Shown: positions 43,888 to 58,553 of the stretch, one piece after another
Numbering within the stretch: position 1 is the stretch's first letter
Layout: the number at the start of each line of letters is the position of its first letter
DNA from: an uncultured Thermoleophilia bacterium
Lineage (GTDB): Bacteria > Actinomycetota > Thermoleophilia > UBA2241
Assembly: GCA_963702475.1 (NCBI GenBank)
Contig: CAVPCT010000003.1
Coordinates: 1,024,001-1,088,000 of the forward strand
Direction: 5' to 3'
DNA: 64,000 bases
The notes under the pieces: model-generated
What the model was told of the DNA's origin: nothing
The model's input: the letters and a program-made list of their open reading frames with translations, nothing else
Database searches by the model: none
Position numbers and translations under genes: made by a program

Positions 43888-44649
43888 ATGAGAATCCTCG
43901 TCATCGCCAAGCACGTCGTGGACTCGACCGAGATCCGCTGGGACGACGCCCGCGGCGAGGTCCTGCTGCGCAACCTGCCGACCAAGATCAGCGACTACGA
44001 CCGCAACGCCATCGAGGCCGCCGTGGTCCTCAAGGAGACGGGTGACCTCGTCGACGTGGACGTCCTCATGGTGGGCGGTGAAGCGGCTGTCAAGACGCTC
44101 AAGGAGGCCGTGGCCATGGGCGCCGACAAGGGCTACCTGGTGGAAGGCGGCTGGGACGACCCGTTCGACCCCCTGCGCAGCGCCCGCGCGCTGGCCGGCA
44201 TCATCGGCGGACTGGAGGAGCCGGACGTCATCATGGGCGGCCTCGTCTCCGAGGACGGCTACAACGGCATCACCGGGCCGGCGCTCGCGCAGCTCCTCGA
44301 CTGGCCGTACGTGGCGCCGGTGCTGGAGCTCGAGGCCGGGGACGGCCAGGTGCAGGCCGTGCTGGACGCCGGCGACGTGCGTCGCACGGTCAAGGTACCG
44401 ACGCCGTGCGTGGTGGGCGTCGACTCGCAGATGAACGTGCCGCGTCTGCCGACGGTGCTGCAGGTCATGAAGGTCAAGAGCGACCGCATCGTCAAGGTCC
44501 CGCTGGGCGGCGCCGACGCCGCGGTGACCGCGGCGCTGGTGGGCGCGAAGTCCGGGGCCGTCGAGCGCAAGAAGGTCGTCCTCGACGGCCCGCCGCAGGA
44601 GAGCGCTGCGAAGCTCGTCGAGGCGCTGCGTCAGGAAGGGGTGCTCTGA
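43888..44649 (+). CDS. etfB: Electron transfer flavoprotein beta subunit
   Basis: MRILVIAKHVVD, DRNAIEAA, AVAMGADK, SEDG...GPALA, NVPRLP. Confidence 0.93.
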   Translation: MRILVIAKHVVDSTEIRWDDARGEVLLRNLPTKISDYDRNAIEAAVVLKETGDLVDVDVLMVGGEAAVKTLKEAVAMGADKGYLVEGGWDDPFDPLRSARALAGIIGGLEEPDVIMGGLVSEDGYNGITGPALAQLLDWPYVAPVLELEAGDGQVQAVLDAGDVRRTVKVPTPCVVGVDSQMNVPRLPTVLQVMKVKSDRIVKVPLGGADAAVTAALVGAKSGAVERKKVVLDGPPQESAAKLVEALRQEGVL

Positions 44650-45608
44650 TGGCCGGCCGCTTCATCGTCAGCGCGGCCTCCGTGGCCGACCTGCGGCGCG
44701 TGGCCGCCGCGGCGCGCGAGCTGGCGGGCGCGGACGGCCGTGTCGAGGCCGTGGCGCTGCAGGACGCCGGCGGGCTTGCGCCCGCCGGGACCACGGCCGA
44801 GGAGGCCGCAGCCGCGCTCGCCGGCCTCGCCGACGCGCTCGTGGTGTACGACGGCGCCGGCGTCTGGCTCCGCGGAGACGTGTGGGCTTCGTGCCTGCTC
44901 GACGCCCTGGGCGACGGCGCCGACGGCGTGTTCGTCGCCGACACCCCTGCGGCGCGCGAGGCCGCGGGCCGTACGGCCGCCGCCCGCGGCTCGTCCTGCG
45001 CCAGCATGTGCGACGCCGTGAGCCGCGGCCCGGACGGCCTGGTCGCGACGCGGTCCATCTACGGCGGCGTCGCCGACGGCATCATCTCGCTGCCGGTCGC
45101 CCCGGCGGTGTGCCTCTTCGCGGCCGGGCAGTACGAGGGCGAGGCCTCGGGGGCGGCGCCGGCGATCGAGCGCCGTCAGGCGCCGGCGCCGGCGTATCAG
45201 GCCGAGTGCGTCGCCGAGGAGCCTGTCGTGAAGACCGTCGACCTGGCGGCGGCACAGGTGGTCGTGGCCGTGGGCCGCGGTTTCGTGAAGGCCGAGGACC
45301 TCGATCTCGTCAAGCCGCTCCTCGAGCGTCTCGGCGCGGAGCTGGGCTGCTCGCGGCCCATCGCCGAGGACTTCAGGTGGTTGCCGCAGGAGCGCCAGGT
45401 CGGCCTGACCGGGGTCTCCGTGAGCGCGGGGCTGTACATGGCTCTCGGCATCTCCGGGCAGGTGCAGCACCTGGCGGGCATCAAGGGCGCCAAGGTCGTC
45501 GTGTCCGTGAACAACGACGCGCGGGCGCCCATCACACGCAACGCCGACTACGTGGTGATCGGCGACCTCTACAAGGTGGTCCCCGAGCTCGTGAGCGCGC
45601 TGAGCTGA
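44649..45608 (+). CDS. etfA: Electron transfer flavoprotein alpha subunit
   Basis: RSIYGG, VVVAVGRG, GCSRP, QVGLTG, GISGQVQHLAG, VNND..API. Confidence 0.93.
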   Translation: MAGRFIVSAASVADLRRVAAAARELAGADGRVEAVALQDAGGLAPAGTTAEEAAAALAGLADALVVYDGAGVWLRGDVWASCLLDALGDGADGVFVADTPAAREAAGRTAAARGSSCASMCDAVSRGPDGLVATRSIYGGVADGIISLPVAPAVCLFAAGQYEGEASGAAPAIERRQAPAPAYQAECVAEEPVVKTVDLAAAQVVVAVGRGFVKAEDLDLVKPLLERLGAELGCSRPIAEDFRWLPQERQVGLTGVSVSAGLYMALGISGQVQHLAGIKGAKVVVSVNNDARAPITRNADYVVIGDLYKVVPELVSALS

Positions 45609-45624
45609 GCGGGGAGGAGGCGCC

Positions 45625-47691
45625 GTGGGCATCGACTACGTCCGGGAGTACCTGCCGTTCCTGCCGCACACGGCCACGCTCGTCGCCATGTACACGTGCG
45701 TGGGCGTGGTGGCCGTGCTCTTCATCTGGGGCTTGGTGCGCCGCTACCGCCGCTACCGCGGCGCCGGCGGCGCCGGCCTCTGGACGGCTGTGAACGGCAA
45801 GGTGCTGCCGTGGGGCCCGCGGCTCTCACGGGCGCTCCGCGACGTGGCCCTGCAGGCCAAGGTCGCGGAGCGCCGCCTGCCGGCCGCGCTGCACCTGCCC
45901 ATCTTCTACGGCATGGTGCTGCTCTTCATCGGGACCGCGCTCGTGGCTTTCTACGAGGACGTCCTCGGCTGGTTCGGCGAGTTCTCCATCCAAGGCGCGT
46001 TCTACGTGGGGTTCGAGGCCGTGCTCGACGTGGCAGGCCTCGCTCTCGTCGTAGGTGTGGTGGTCGCCATGGTCCGGCGCTTCATCGTACGGCCGGACCA
46101 TCTGCTGCCGAAGCTCTCCACCACGCTCGTGCTCTGCGGCCTGCTGTTCATGGGCGTCACCGGGTTCCTGCTCGAGGGGTACCGCATCGCGGCGCAGCAG
46201 AACGAGTGGGCCTCGGCGGCGTTCGTCGGCACCGCAGTCTCCGGGCTGTTCCCCACGGCGGCCGACGGATCGGGCGTCACGGCCTACCAGGTCCTCTGGT
46301 GGGCTCACGCCGCCGCCGCCTTCAGCCTGATCGTCGGCCTCGCCTGGACCGGGTTCTCGCATGTGCTTGTGGTGCCCGGGGCGGTGGCCGCGGACGACCC
46401 CGCGCGGCCGCGCACGAAGCTCACGACCCCGTTCGACCTGATCGCCGCGATGGAGTCCGACGAAGACGTCGAGGCCGTCGCCGGCACGGCGACCACGGCG
46501 GTCATCGGCCCCGGCGAGAAGCTCGCCGCCGACGCCTGCGTAGCCTGCGGCCGCTGCCACCAGGAGTGCCCGGCGCGCGCGGCGGGGCGTCCGCTCTCGC
46601 CGCGCGACCTCATGCAGGACGTGCGGCGCGCGCTGGGCACCGACGTGGGCGGGACGGTGGCCGAGCGGCCGGCGGCCGACTTCGAGGACGCCGTCTGGTC
46701 CTGCACCAACTGCTACGCCTGCGAGCAGGCGTGCCCGGCGCGGATCCGTCATGTGGATTACGTCCTCGACTTCCGCCGCGCCCTCGTCGACGAGAACCGC
46801 CTGGACGAGCAGAAGTCCGGCGTCCTGCAGGCGCTCGACCGCAACTCGAACCCGTACCGGCTGCCCTCGCACGAGCGCGCCGCCTGGCTCATGGAGCTGC
46901 CGTACGCCGAGGAGATCACCTTCGGCGTCGCGGAGCCCGAGGAGCCGCCGGAGTACCTCTACTGGATCGGCTGCGGCGCCGCCTACGACCAGCGCTCGAG
47001 CGAAGTGGTGCGCGCGACCATGGACCTGCTCCGCGCCGCCGGCGTGAGCTTCGTCACGCTCGGACCGGCGGAGCCCTGCTGCGGCGAGCCGGCGAAGCGC
47101 CTGGGCGAAGAGGGGCGCTTCCAGATGCTCGCCATGATCGCCATCGAGATGATCAAGGAGACAGGCGCGCGCAGGATCGTCACGCACTGCCCGCACGGGC
47201 TGAACACCTTCTTGTACGAGTACCCGGCCCTGGGGTTCACGATCCCGGCCGTGCATCACGCCGAGCTGCTTGCCGAGCTCATGGCTGCCGGGCGGCTGGA
47301 CCTCGACCCCGGCGCGGCCGGCGCGGTCGCCTACCACGAGCCCTGCAACCTGGCCAGGGCCGGTCGCCCAACGGCCGCGGCCCTGTCGGTGCTCGGCGGG
47401 CAGCCCGTCCTGCCGCCGCGCTCCGGCCTGCGCACCTTCTGCTGCGGCGGCGGCGGCGCCAACGCCTTCTACCAGGTCGAGCAGGAGGAGACGCGCATCA
47501 GCGCCCTGCGGTACGAGGAGCTGGTCGCCACGGGCGCGGATCGGGTAGCCGTGGCGTGTCCGCACTGCCTGACGATGCTGCGCGACGCGGCCGGCGCCCG
47601 GGGGCCGGAGGCGCCGCAGGTGCTCGACGTCGCCGAGGCGCTGCGCGCGCGGCTCCGCGACGCCGGGCCCGCGGCCGGCGCCGGCGCCTGA
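45625..47691 (+). CDS. Membrane-bound Fe-S oxidoreductase (NarI-like TM domain + 2 ferredoxin motifs + 2 CCG domains; FadF/HdrD-like ETF:quinone oxidoreductase)
   Basis: TM His residues (LHLPIFYG, WWAH, FSH), CVACGRCHQECP, CTNCYACEQACP, WIGC, CCG, CPH, YHEPC, CCGGGG, CPHC. Confidence 0.9.
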   Translation: MGIDYVREYLPFLPHTATLVAMYTCVGVVAVLFIWGLVRRYRRYRGAGGAGLWTAVNGKVLPWGPRLSRALRDVALQAKVAERRLPAALHLPIFYGMVLLFIGTALVAFYEDVLGWFGEFSIQGAFYVGFEAVLDVAGLALVVGVVVAMVRRFIVRPDHLLPKLSTTLVLCGLLFMGVTGFLLEGYRIAAQQNEWASAAFVGTAVSGLFPTAADGSGVTAYQVLWWAHAAAAFSLIVGLAWTGFSHVLVVPGAVAADDPARPRTKLTTPFDLIAAMESDEDVEAVAGTATTAVIGPGEKLAADACVACGRCHQECPARAAGRPLSPRDLMQDVRRALGTDVGGTVAERPAADFEDAVWSCTNCYACEQACPARIRHVDYVLDFRRALVDENRLDEQKSGVLQALDRNSNPYRLPSHERAAWLMELPYAEEITFGVAEPEEPPEYLYWIGCGAAYDQRSSEVVRATMDLLRAAGVSFVTLGPAEPCCGEPAKRLGEEGRFQMLAMIAIEMIKETGARRIVTHCPHGLNTFLYEYPALGFTIPAVHHAELLAELMAAGRLDLDPGAAGAVAYHEPCNLARAGRPTAAALSVLGGQPVLPPRSGLRTFCCGGGGANAFYQVEQEETRISALRYEELVATGADRVAVACPHCLTMLRDAAGARGPEAPQVLDVAEALRARLRDAGPAAGAGA

Positions 47692-47929
47692 GCGGCGGTC
47701 GACGACGATGGGCCCGGCGGTGACCAGCCGCCGGCTGCGGCCTGCGGCGCCCGGCGGCACCCGGCCTGCCGTGGGCGCCCGCCCGTCCTGCCCCTCCGCT
47801 CCCGTCCGGGGTCGCCGAAAACACCCCGGTGCTGCATCCGGACCCCACTGCAGGTAGAATCCGCGTGGTTGTTCTTTTTCGCACAATCTCGGTCTGGCGC
47901 ATTGCAGCCCGGGGCTTCGGCAGGATAAA

Positions 47930-48151
47930 GTGACGGACGCATCATCGAAGGGATCAGGTGGCGACGGCCCGAAGCGCCGGGCGACCTCGGCGGAGTCTGT
48001 CGCCTTTCTGCTGCTTGGCGGCGTCGTCACCGGTCTGGGCGTGGGTGCGGGCATCGACTGGCTGGTGCGCACCTTCCCCCTGTTCACGGTGATCGGTGTG
48101 TTCGCCGGGTTCGCCCTGGCGCTCTATGCGATCTACCTGGAGACGAAGTGA
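47930..48151 (+). CDS. AtpZ/AtpI (ATP synthase gene 1) family protein
   Basis: Two TM helices, G..G...D...RTFPLF pattern; first gene of atp operon. Confidence 0.7.
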   Translation: MTDASSKGSGGDGPKRRATSAESVAFLLLGGVVTGLGVGAGIDWLVRTFPLFTVIGVFAGFALALYAIYLETK

Positions 48152-48173
48152 GTGAGCGAGAGGTGACGTGTCC

Positions 48174-48547
48174 ATGCGCGCCAAGGGCCTGATACCGCTC
48201 GTCCTGGCCGCGGTGACGGTGGCCGCCGTGGTGGTGGCCGCCGTGCTGTCGCAGCCCCTGTGGGCGGCCCTGCTCGGCGGCCTGCTGATGTTCGCCTATT
48301 GGGGCCTCGAGGTCCTCACCTGGCGGCGCGCCCGCACGCGCGACGACCTCGCTCTCGGCCTCGCCGTCGGCGGCATGGGCATCCGCCTCGCCGTGGTGCT
48401 GGGGGTCCTGGTCGTCGTAGGCGTCGTCGCACGGCCCGCATTCCCAGCGGCCGCCCTGTCGTTCATGGCCGGGTTCACGGCCTACCTGGGGCTGCGGCCG
48501 CTCACCTACTCACCCCCGTCCAAGTCACGTCCGCGCCCGGAGGCACG

Positions 48548-48551
<4 letters not shown>
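48174..48551 (+). CDS. atpI: ATP synthase subunit I-like membrane protein
   Basis: Four hydrophobic helices, GMGIRL; directly before atpB. Confidence 0.65.
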
Positions 48552-49668
<1,117 letters not shown>

Positions 49669-49711
49669 TGACCCACGCCGTTCCCACGCTGTCGGAAGGA
49701 CGGGGGACACC

Positions 49712-50215
49712 ATGCTGAACACAGAGTGGGGTCTGATGGTATGGACCCTCATCACGTTCGCGATCGCGGTGTTCGTCCTCTGGAAGTTCGCCTTCGGCCC
49801 CATCCAGAAGCTCCTGGACGACCGCCGCAAGGCCGTGCAGGACAGCATGGACACCGCCGAACAGGCGCGCGCCGAAGCCCGGCGGCTGCTCGCGGAGTAC
49901 GAGGCTACGCTGGCCAAGGTGCGCCAGGAGTCGGAGGAGATCCTCGAGCGCGCCCGCTCCACGGGGGAGCACGCCAAGACCGAGCTCATGGCCGAGGCGC
50001 GGGCCCAGTCCGAGCGGCTGCTGGCACAGGCCCACGAGCAGATCGAGCGTGACACGCGCGCCGCGGTGCGCGACCTCAAGGGGCAGATCGCCGACCTTAC
50101 GGCGCTCGCCACCGAGAAGGTCATGGCCCGTGCCATCACCGCCGCCGACCAGCGTCGTCTCATCGACGAGGCGCTGGCCGAGCTCAACGTCGAGCAGCTT
50201 GGCAGGGAGAACTAG
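49712..50215 (+). CDS. atpF: ATP synthase subunit b
   Basis: N-terminal TM (WTLITF...KFAFGPI) then coiled coil. Confidence 0.95.
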   Translation: MLNTEWGLMVWTLITFAIAVFVLWKFAFGPIQKLLDDRRKAVQDSMDTAEQARAEARRLLAEYEATLAKVRQESEEILERARSTGEHAKTELMAEARAQSERLLAQAHEQIERDTRAAVRDLKGQIADLTALATEKVMARAITAADQRRLIDEALAELNVEQLGREN

Positions 50216-50217
50216 CG

Positions 50218-50775
50218 ATGGGTGAGGAGCAGGTCGCGGCGGTCTACGCCCGCGCCCTCTTCGACGCGGCCGGCCAGGCCGGCGCCGTCGAGCCGGTGCG
50301 CGAGGAGCTCGACGCCTTCGCCGATGCGCTCTCGGCGTCGGCGCAGCTGCGCGACGTGCTCTCCGACCCGCAGGTCGACACGGCCGCCAAGCGCCGCGTG
50401 CTCGCCGAGATCACGCGTGACGGGCAACCGCTCGTGCGCAACACGCTGCTCCTCCTCCTCGATCGCGGCCGTTTCGCCGTGACCGGGGAGCTGCGCGCGG
50501 CATACGATGCGCTGGCCGCCCGTGAGGCGGCGCGGGTCGAGGTGGAGGTGACGTCCGCCGTGACCCTCACGGAGGACGACCGCAAGAAGATCGCCGCGCG
50601 GGTCGCGGAGACCACGGGACGCACGGTCGACCTCACGGAGCGGGTCGACCCCGGCATCCTGGGCGGTCTCGTGCTGCGCGTCGGCGACGTGATCGTCGAC
50701 GGCAGTGTGAAAGCCCGCATACGCCAGCTGCGCCGCCGGCTGGCTACCGCTGAATTGAGAGGTGACGTGGAGTGA
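50218..50775 (+). CDS. atpH: ATP synthase subunit delta
   Basis: [30 protein letters not shown]. Confidence 0.95.
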   Translation: MGEEQVAAVYARALFDAAGQAGAVEPVREELDAFADALSASAQLRDVLSDPQVDTAAKRRVLAEITRDGQPLVRNTLLLLLDRGRFAVTGELRAAYDALAAREAARVEVEVTSAVTLTEDDRKKIAARVAETTGRTVDLTERVDPGILGGLVLRVGDVIVDGSVKARIRQLRRRLATAELRGDVE

Positions 50776-52332
50776 AGCTGCGCCCTGAAGAGATCGCCTC
50801 GGTCCTCAAAGCACAGATCGAGAACTACCAAGCCGAGGTCGAGGTCGACGAGGTCGGCACCGTCCTCGAAGTGGGCGACGGCATCGCCCGCATCTACGGC
50901 CTGCGCAACTGCCTGGCCATGGAGATGCTCGAGCTCCCACACGACGTCACCGGTCTCGCGCTCAACCTCGAGGAGGAGAACGTCGGCGCCGTGCTGCTGG
51001 GCGAGGACACCCTCATCAAGGAGGGTGACCTGGTCAAGCGCACCGGCAGGGTGCTGCAGGTCCCGGTCGGCGAGGCGCTCGTGGGTCGCGTGGTCGACCC
51101 TCTCGGCCGCCCGCTCGACGACAAGGGGCCCATCGAGACCACTGAGACCCGGCCGGTCGAGTTCAAGGCCCCGGGTGTCGTACAGCGTCAGGGGGTCAAG
51201 GAGCCGCTGCAGACCGGCATCAAGGCCATCGACTCCATGATCCCGATCGGCCGCGGCCAGCGCGAGCTCGATCATCGGTGACCGTCAGACCGGCAAGACG
51301 TCCATCATCGTCGACACCATCATCAACCAGAGGGGTCAGGACGAGATCTGCGTGTACGTCGCCATCGGTCAGAAGGCGTCCACCGTCATGCAGGTCGTGC
51401 AGAAGCTCGAAGAGTACGGCGCCATGGACTACACCATCGTCGTGGCCGCCACCGCGTCCGCCTCGGCTCCGCTCAAGTACCTGGCGCCGTACGCCGGCGC
51501 CGCTATGGGCGAGTACTTCCTCTACAGCGGCCGTCACGCGGTGTGCTTCTACGACGACCTCAGCAAGCAGGCCGACGCCTACCGCCAGATGTCGCTGCTG
51601 CTGCGCCGCCCGCCGGGCCGCGAAGCCTTTCCCGGCGACGTCTTCTACCTGCACTCGCGCCTGCTCGAGCGCGCCGTCAAGCTCAACGACGAGCTCGGCG
51701 GCGGGTCGCTCACAGCCATCCCCGTCATCGAGACGCAGGCCGGCGATGTATCGGCCTACATCCCGACCAATGTGATCTCCATCACCGACGGGCAGATCTT
51801 CCTGCAGAGCGACCTGTTCTACTCTGGCGTGCGTCCCGCCGTGAACATCGGCATCTCCGTCAGCCGTGTGGGCGGTAACGCCCAGATCAAGGCCATGAAG
51901 CAGGTCGCCGGCCGTCTGCGCATCGACCTTGCGCAGTTCCGCGAGCTGCAGGCGTTCGCCTCGTTCGGCTCCGACCTCGACGAGGCCACCAAGAGGACCC
52001 TCGCCCGCGGCGAGCGCATGATCGAGCTGCTCAACCAGGGCCGCTTCGACCCCATGCCGGTCGAGGAGCAGGTCGCGGTGATCTTCGCCGGCAGCAACGG
52101 CTACATCGACGACATCGAGGTGGAGCGCGTGAGCGCCTTCACCGAGGGCCTGCGTCAGTACCTCAAGGCCGAGTGCGCCGAGACGCTGGCGGCCATCCGC
52201 GACGAGAAGGTGGTGTCCGAGGCGAGCGACGCCAAGCTTCGCGAGGCCATCGAGGCGTTCCACAACTCGTTCGCGCCCGAGGCCGGCGCTCCGGGCATCC
52301 CTGCCGAAGACATCGAGGCGGTCGGGGCCTGA
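50772..52332 (+). CDS. atpA: ATP synthase subunit alpha (one frameshift near 51270, likely sequencing error)
   Basis: [48 protein letters not shown]. Confidence 0.96.
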
Positions 52333-54672
<2,340 letters not shown>

Positions 54673-54679
54673 GGCACCC

Positions 54680-55111
54680 GTGGGCGACCAGCATGCACTG
54701 CACGTCGAAGTCGTCACGCCGGACGGCGAGGTCTTCAGCCGGGATGTCGGCATGGTCGTGCTGCCGGGTGTGGAGGGAGAGCTCGGCGTCCTGCCGCGGC
54801 ACCAGCCGCTTGTGACGCTGCTGGGCGTGGGGGAGACCCGCATCCGCGACCTCGACGGCGAGTGGGAGTACATCGCCACGGGCATCGGCTACGCGCAGGT
54901 CCTGTTCGACAAGGTCCTGGTGGTGGTCGACCACGGCGAGCTCGCCGGCTCCATCGACCACATCCGGGCACAGGAGGCGCGGGACCGCGCCCAGGAACGG
55001 CTGCGGGACCGCAAGGACCCGGGCGCTCAGGCGGAGGTAGACTACTTCCGCGCCGAACAGGCGCTCAAACGCGCCGAGAACCGTATCAGCGTCGCGCAGC
55101 GCCGGCGCTGA
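54680..55111 (+). CDS. atpC: ATP synthase subunit epsilon
   Basis: VEVVTPD, GELGVLPRHQP, C-terminal helical hairpin ALKRAENR. Confidence 0.94.
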   Translation: MGDQHALHVEVVTPDGEVFSRDVGMVVLPGVEGELGVLPRHQPLVTLLGVGETRIRDLDGEWEYIATGIGYAQVLFDKVLVVVDHGELAGSIDHIRAQEARDRAQERLRDRKDPGAQAEVDYFRAEQALKRAENRISVAQRRR

Positions 55112-55151
55112 CGACGGCCCTCGGTCGGTGGCTCGGACTGAGGACCTTCTG

Positions 55152-56496
55152 ATGGACGGTTCGACCGTACAGGACGCGCGTCTCGAAGTGCGCGGCGGAC
55201 GGCGGCTGCACGGCAGCGTCTCGCTGTCGGGCGCCAAGAACTCCGCGCTCAAGCTGCTGGCCGCCTGTCTGCTCACGGACGAACCGTGCGTCGTCCGCCG
55301 CGCCCCGCGCATCACCGACGTCGGCACCATGCTCACCATGCTCCGCGCCCTCGGCGCGGAGGTGAGCGAACACACCGACGGCACGCTGCGCGTGCAGCGC
55401 GCGCGCCTCTCTGGGCAACTGCGCGCCGTACGAGCTGGTACGCACCATGCGCGCCAGCATCATCGTGATGGGCCCGCTGGTGGCGCGTCTGGGCGAGGCC
55501 ACGATCGCCATGCCGGGCGGCTGCAACATCGGGCCGCGGAGGATCGACTTCCACATCCGCGGCCTCGAGAAGCTCGGCGCCTCGGTGCAGATCGACCACG
55601 GGTTCATCCGCGTGCACACCGACGGTCTTCGGGGGGCCGTCGTGCCGCTCGACTATCCGAGCGTGGGCGCCACCGAGAACCTGCTCATGGCTGCGACGGC
55701 CGCGCGTGGCGAGACCGTCATCGAGAACGCCGCCCGCGAGCCTGAGATCGCCGACCTCGCGGCGTTCCTCATCGGCATGGGCGCCGTCATCGAGGGCGCC
55801 GGAACGAGCACGGTGCGCGTCGAGGGCGGCCACCCGCTCCACGGCGTCGACCACGAGGTGGTGGCCGATCGCATCGAGGCGGGCACCTACCTGGTCATGG
55901 GGGCCGCCACAGGCGGCGAGGTCACGGCCCTCGGTCTTGACCCCGTGCACCTCGAGCGCTTCCTGGAGAAGCTCGACGCCATGGGCGTCGCCGTCAGCAC
56001 CGGGGAGCACAGCATCACGGTACGCCGGGAGGGGCCGCTCGCGCCGGTCGACATCTCCACCCTGCCGCACCCCGGGTTCCCCACCGACCTTCAGGCGCAG
56101 ACCATGGTCCTGTTGTCGCTGGCGCAGGGGACGTCCATAGTCACGGAGAACGTGTTCGAGAACCGCTTCGTGGTCGTCGACGAGCTCAACCGTCTGGGGG
56201 CCGGGATCAGCACGAGTGGACATCACGCCGTCGTGGAAGGACCGCGCGCCCTGAGTGGTACGGTCGTCGAGGCCCCCGACCTGCGCGGAGGCGCCGCGCT
56301 CGTGGCCGCGGGGCTCGTGGCGGACGGCGTCACCGAGGTGCGCGCAGTGCACCACATCGAGCGCGGCTACGAAGACCTCATCGGCAAGCTGACCGCGCTG
56401 GGCGCCGACGTGACACTGCTCGGCGGCGAACGAACGGAGGCTCTGCCGGCCTCGTCTCTCAGCACGTACCGGAGTGACGCGGCGCGCAGCGCCTGA
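55152..56496 (+). CDS. murA: UDP-N-acetylglucosamine 1-carboxyvinyltransferase (frameshift near 55415)
   Basis: SGAKNSA, MRAS, PGGCNIGPR, SVGATEN, NAAREPE, DRIEAGT, PGFPTDLQ, DLRGGA, HIERGY. Confidence 0.96.
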
Positions 56497-56519
56497 CGGC
56501 GCACGCCCGCTGGAGGAGC

Positions 56520-58553
56520 ATGGGCACCTACCGTGTCTACAAGGTCGGTGAGGAGGAGGCCGTGCGCGAGGCGCGCGCGGCGGTCGCCAGACCACTGAGG
56601 GGCAGAGGCGGATCGGCCGGACCGCGGTCTTCCGGACTCCGCCCCCTGCTGGTGTGGGCGGCGGTGGCGGCGGCGTGCGCCGCGGCCGCCGCCCTCTTCT
56701 GGTTCTACGGCCGCGAGATGCTCGGCAACTCGCAGGCCGCCTTCGATCTCGCCAAGCTCTCCGGCAAGGTGCCGGGCTGGGCCTTCTACGGGGTGCCGCT
56801 CATCGCGGCCGGCATCGTGGCCCTCGCGGCCGTGTACCTGGCGTTCGGCCGGTACCTGGCGCTCAAGCTGATCGGCGTGGCCGTCGTAGTCGTGGTGCTG
56901 GCTGCGCCGGGGCTCGCCCTGGGTTGGGCCAACGGTACCGTGAGCGTCGTGTCCCACCGTTCCGCCGCCGTGCAGAAGGTCGTGACGGAGACCACCAAAG
57001 AGCTCCGCCCCGCGCTGCCCGGCAGGGCGCAGAACATCCTGCTCATCGGCTCGGACAAGTCCGACGTGATCGGCGACCCGGGGCGTTCGGACACGCAGAT
57101 GCTCATCAGGCTGGACCCGCAGACGAAGAGCATCACCATGCTCTCCCTGCCGCGCGACCTGCGCGTGCTCATCCCCGATCACGGCTACGACAAGATGAAC
57201 ACGGCCTACTCGTACGGCGGGCCGCCGCTGGTGGTGAAGACGTTCAAGGAGATCACGGGCCTGCCGGTGCACCACTTCGTGGAGATCGACTTCGCCGGCT
57301 TCTGGCACGTCACCAACATCCTCGGCGGCGTCTACATCCCCGTGGACCACAAGTACTTCGTCCCGGCCAGCGCCGACTACAAGTCCATCAACCTCGACGC
57401 AGGCTACCAGCTGGTGCGCGGCAAGCAGGCCCTCAACTACGTGCGCTACCGCCACGACCAACGCGGTGACTTCACGCGCATGCAGCGTCAGCAGTTGTTC
57501 CTCAAGGAGCTGCAGCGCCAGTCCGGCCGCTGGAGCGGGGACTGGCAGCAGGTGCTCGAGCTCATCAACGCCATCGCCGCGGAGACGACCTCCGATATCG
57601 ACTCCCTGAAGCGGCTCGAGCCGCTCGTCGAGCTCGTGTTCGAGGTCGACACCGCCAAGATCACCACCGTCCACCTCGAAGGCGAGACGCCGATGATCGA
57701 CGGCGTCTCCTACGTCACCGCCACGCAGGAGCAGATCGACGCGGCCGTGGAGGAGTTCGAGAACCCGGCGCAGGCGCCGGTCAAGGATGCCGCCCCCAAG
57801 ATCAGCAAGAAGCTGTACCCGGTCACCGTGTACAACGGCAGCGGCATCCCCGGCCTCTCCACGACGGCGGCGAACCAGCTCGTGGCACAGGGCTATCGCG
57901 CCGAGGTCGGCCCCGACGATCCCTCGTTCCCGGGCACCACCACCATGGTGTACGCGCCGGAGTCCCTGGAGCGACCCGCCAAGGCCATCGCGGCGATGTT
58001 CTCGCCCTCCGATGTCCAGCTCGTCGAACGGGCCCCCGGTGTGTCCGACGGCATCGAGGTCATGGTCACGTCGTCGTTCGACGGCGTGCTGAACATCCCC
58101 GAGGCCCCGGCAGAACAGCCGCAGCAGACGCTGGAGAAGAACCTGCGCTATGACGCGGCCTCGTGGAAGGCTCTGGCACAGCAGACGCCGCTGCGCCTGG
58201 TGATGCCCACCTCATGGCCGAGCGGCTCCGTGTACGAGGAGTTCCGCAAGTACAGCATCCCCAACTACGACGGCAAGGGCACGCGGGCTGCCGTCGCCGT
58301 TGCGCGCACGCCGCTGGGTGGCTACTGGAGTGTGCAGACCATGCGGTGGACCGACCCGCCGGCCATCGAGGACCCCAGCGACGTGCGGACCGTCAAGGGC
58401 CAGAAGTACCTGCTGTTCTACCAGGGAGACGACCTGCACATGGTCGCCTGGGAGCGCCACGACACCCTGTACTGGATCCTCAACACGCTCGACAACCAGC
58501 TCTCCAGCGACGTCATGCTCGGCCTGGCGACGTCGTGCAAGCCCGTGAAGTGA
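56520..58553 (+). CDS. LCP (LytR-CpsA-Psr) family phosphotransferase with LytR_C domain and extra C-terminal domain
   Basis: Three N-terminal TMs; NILLIGSD, RSDT, SLPRD, YVRYRH, DFTRMQRQQ; VTVYNGSGIPGL. Confidence 0.93.
   Translation: MGTYRVYKVGEEEAVREARAAVARPLRGRGGSAGPRSSGLRPLLVWAAVAAACAAAAALFWFYGREMLGNSQAAFDLAKLSGKVPGWAFYGVPLIAAGIVALAAVYLAFGRYLALKLIGVAVVVVVLAAPGLALGWANGTVSVVSHRSAAVQKVVTETTKELRPALPGRAQNILLIGSDKSDVIGDPGRSDTQMLIRLDPQTKSITMLSLPRDLRVLIPDHGYDKMNTAYSYGGPPLVVKTFKEITGLPVHHFVEIDFAGFWHVTNILGGVYIPVDHKYFVPASADYKSINLDAGYQLVRGKQALNYVRYRHDQRGDFTRMQRQQLFLKELQRQSGRWSGDWQQVLELINAIAAETTSDIDSLKRLEPLVELVFEVDTAKITTVHLEGETPMIDGVSYVTATQEQIDAAVEEFENPAQAPVKDAAPKISKKLYPVTVYNGSGIPGLSTTAANQLVAQGYRAEVGPDDPSFPGTTTMVYAPESLERPAKAIAAMFSPSDVQLVERAPGVSDGIEVMVTSSFDGVLNIPEAPAEQPQQTLEKNLRYDAASWKALAQQTPLRLVMPTSWPSGSVYEEFRKYSIPNYDGKGTRAAVAVARTPLGGYWSVQTMRWTDPPAIEDPSDVRTVKGQKYLLFYQGDDLHMVAWERHDTLYWILNTLDNQLSSDVMLGLATSCKPVK

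Noticed and set aside
51260-51285. Programmed frameshift or pseudogene in atpA (likewise murA near 55415)
   Set aside because: No slippery heptamer; essential genes with intact motifs on both sides; a single-base sequencing indel is more parsimonious
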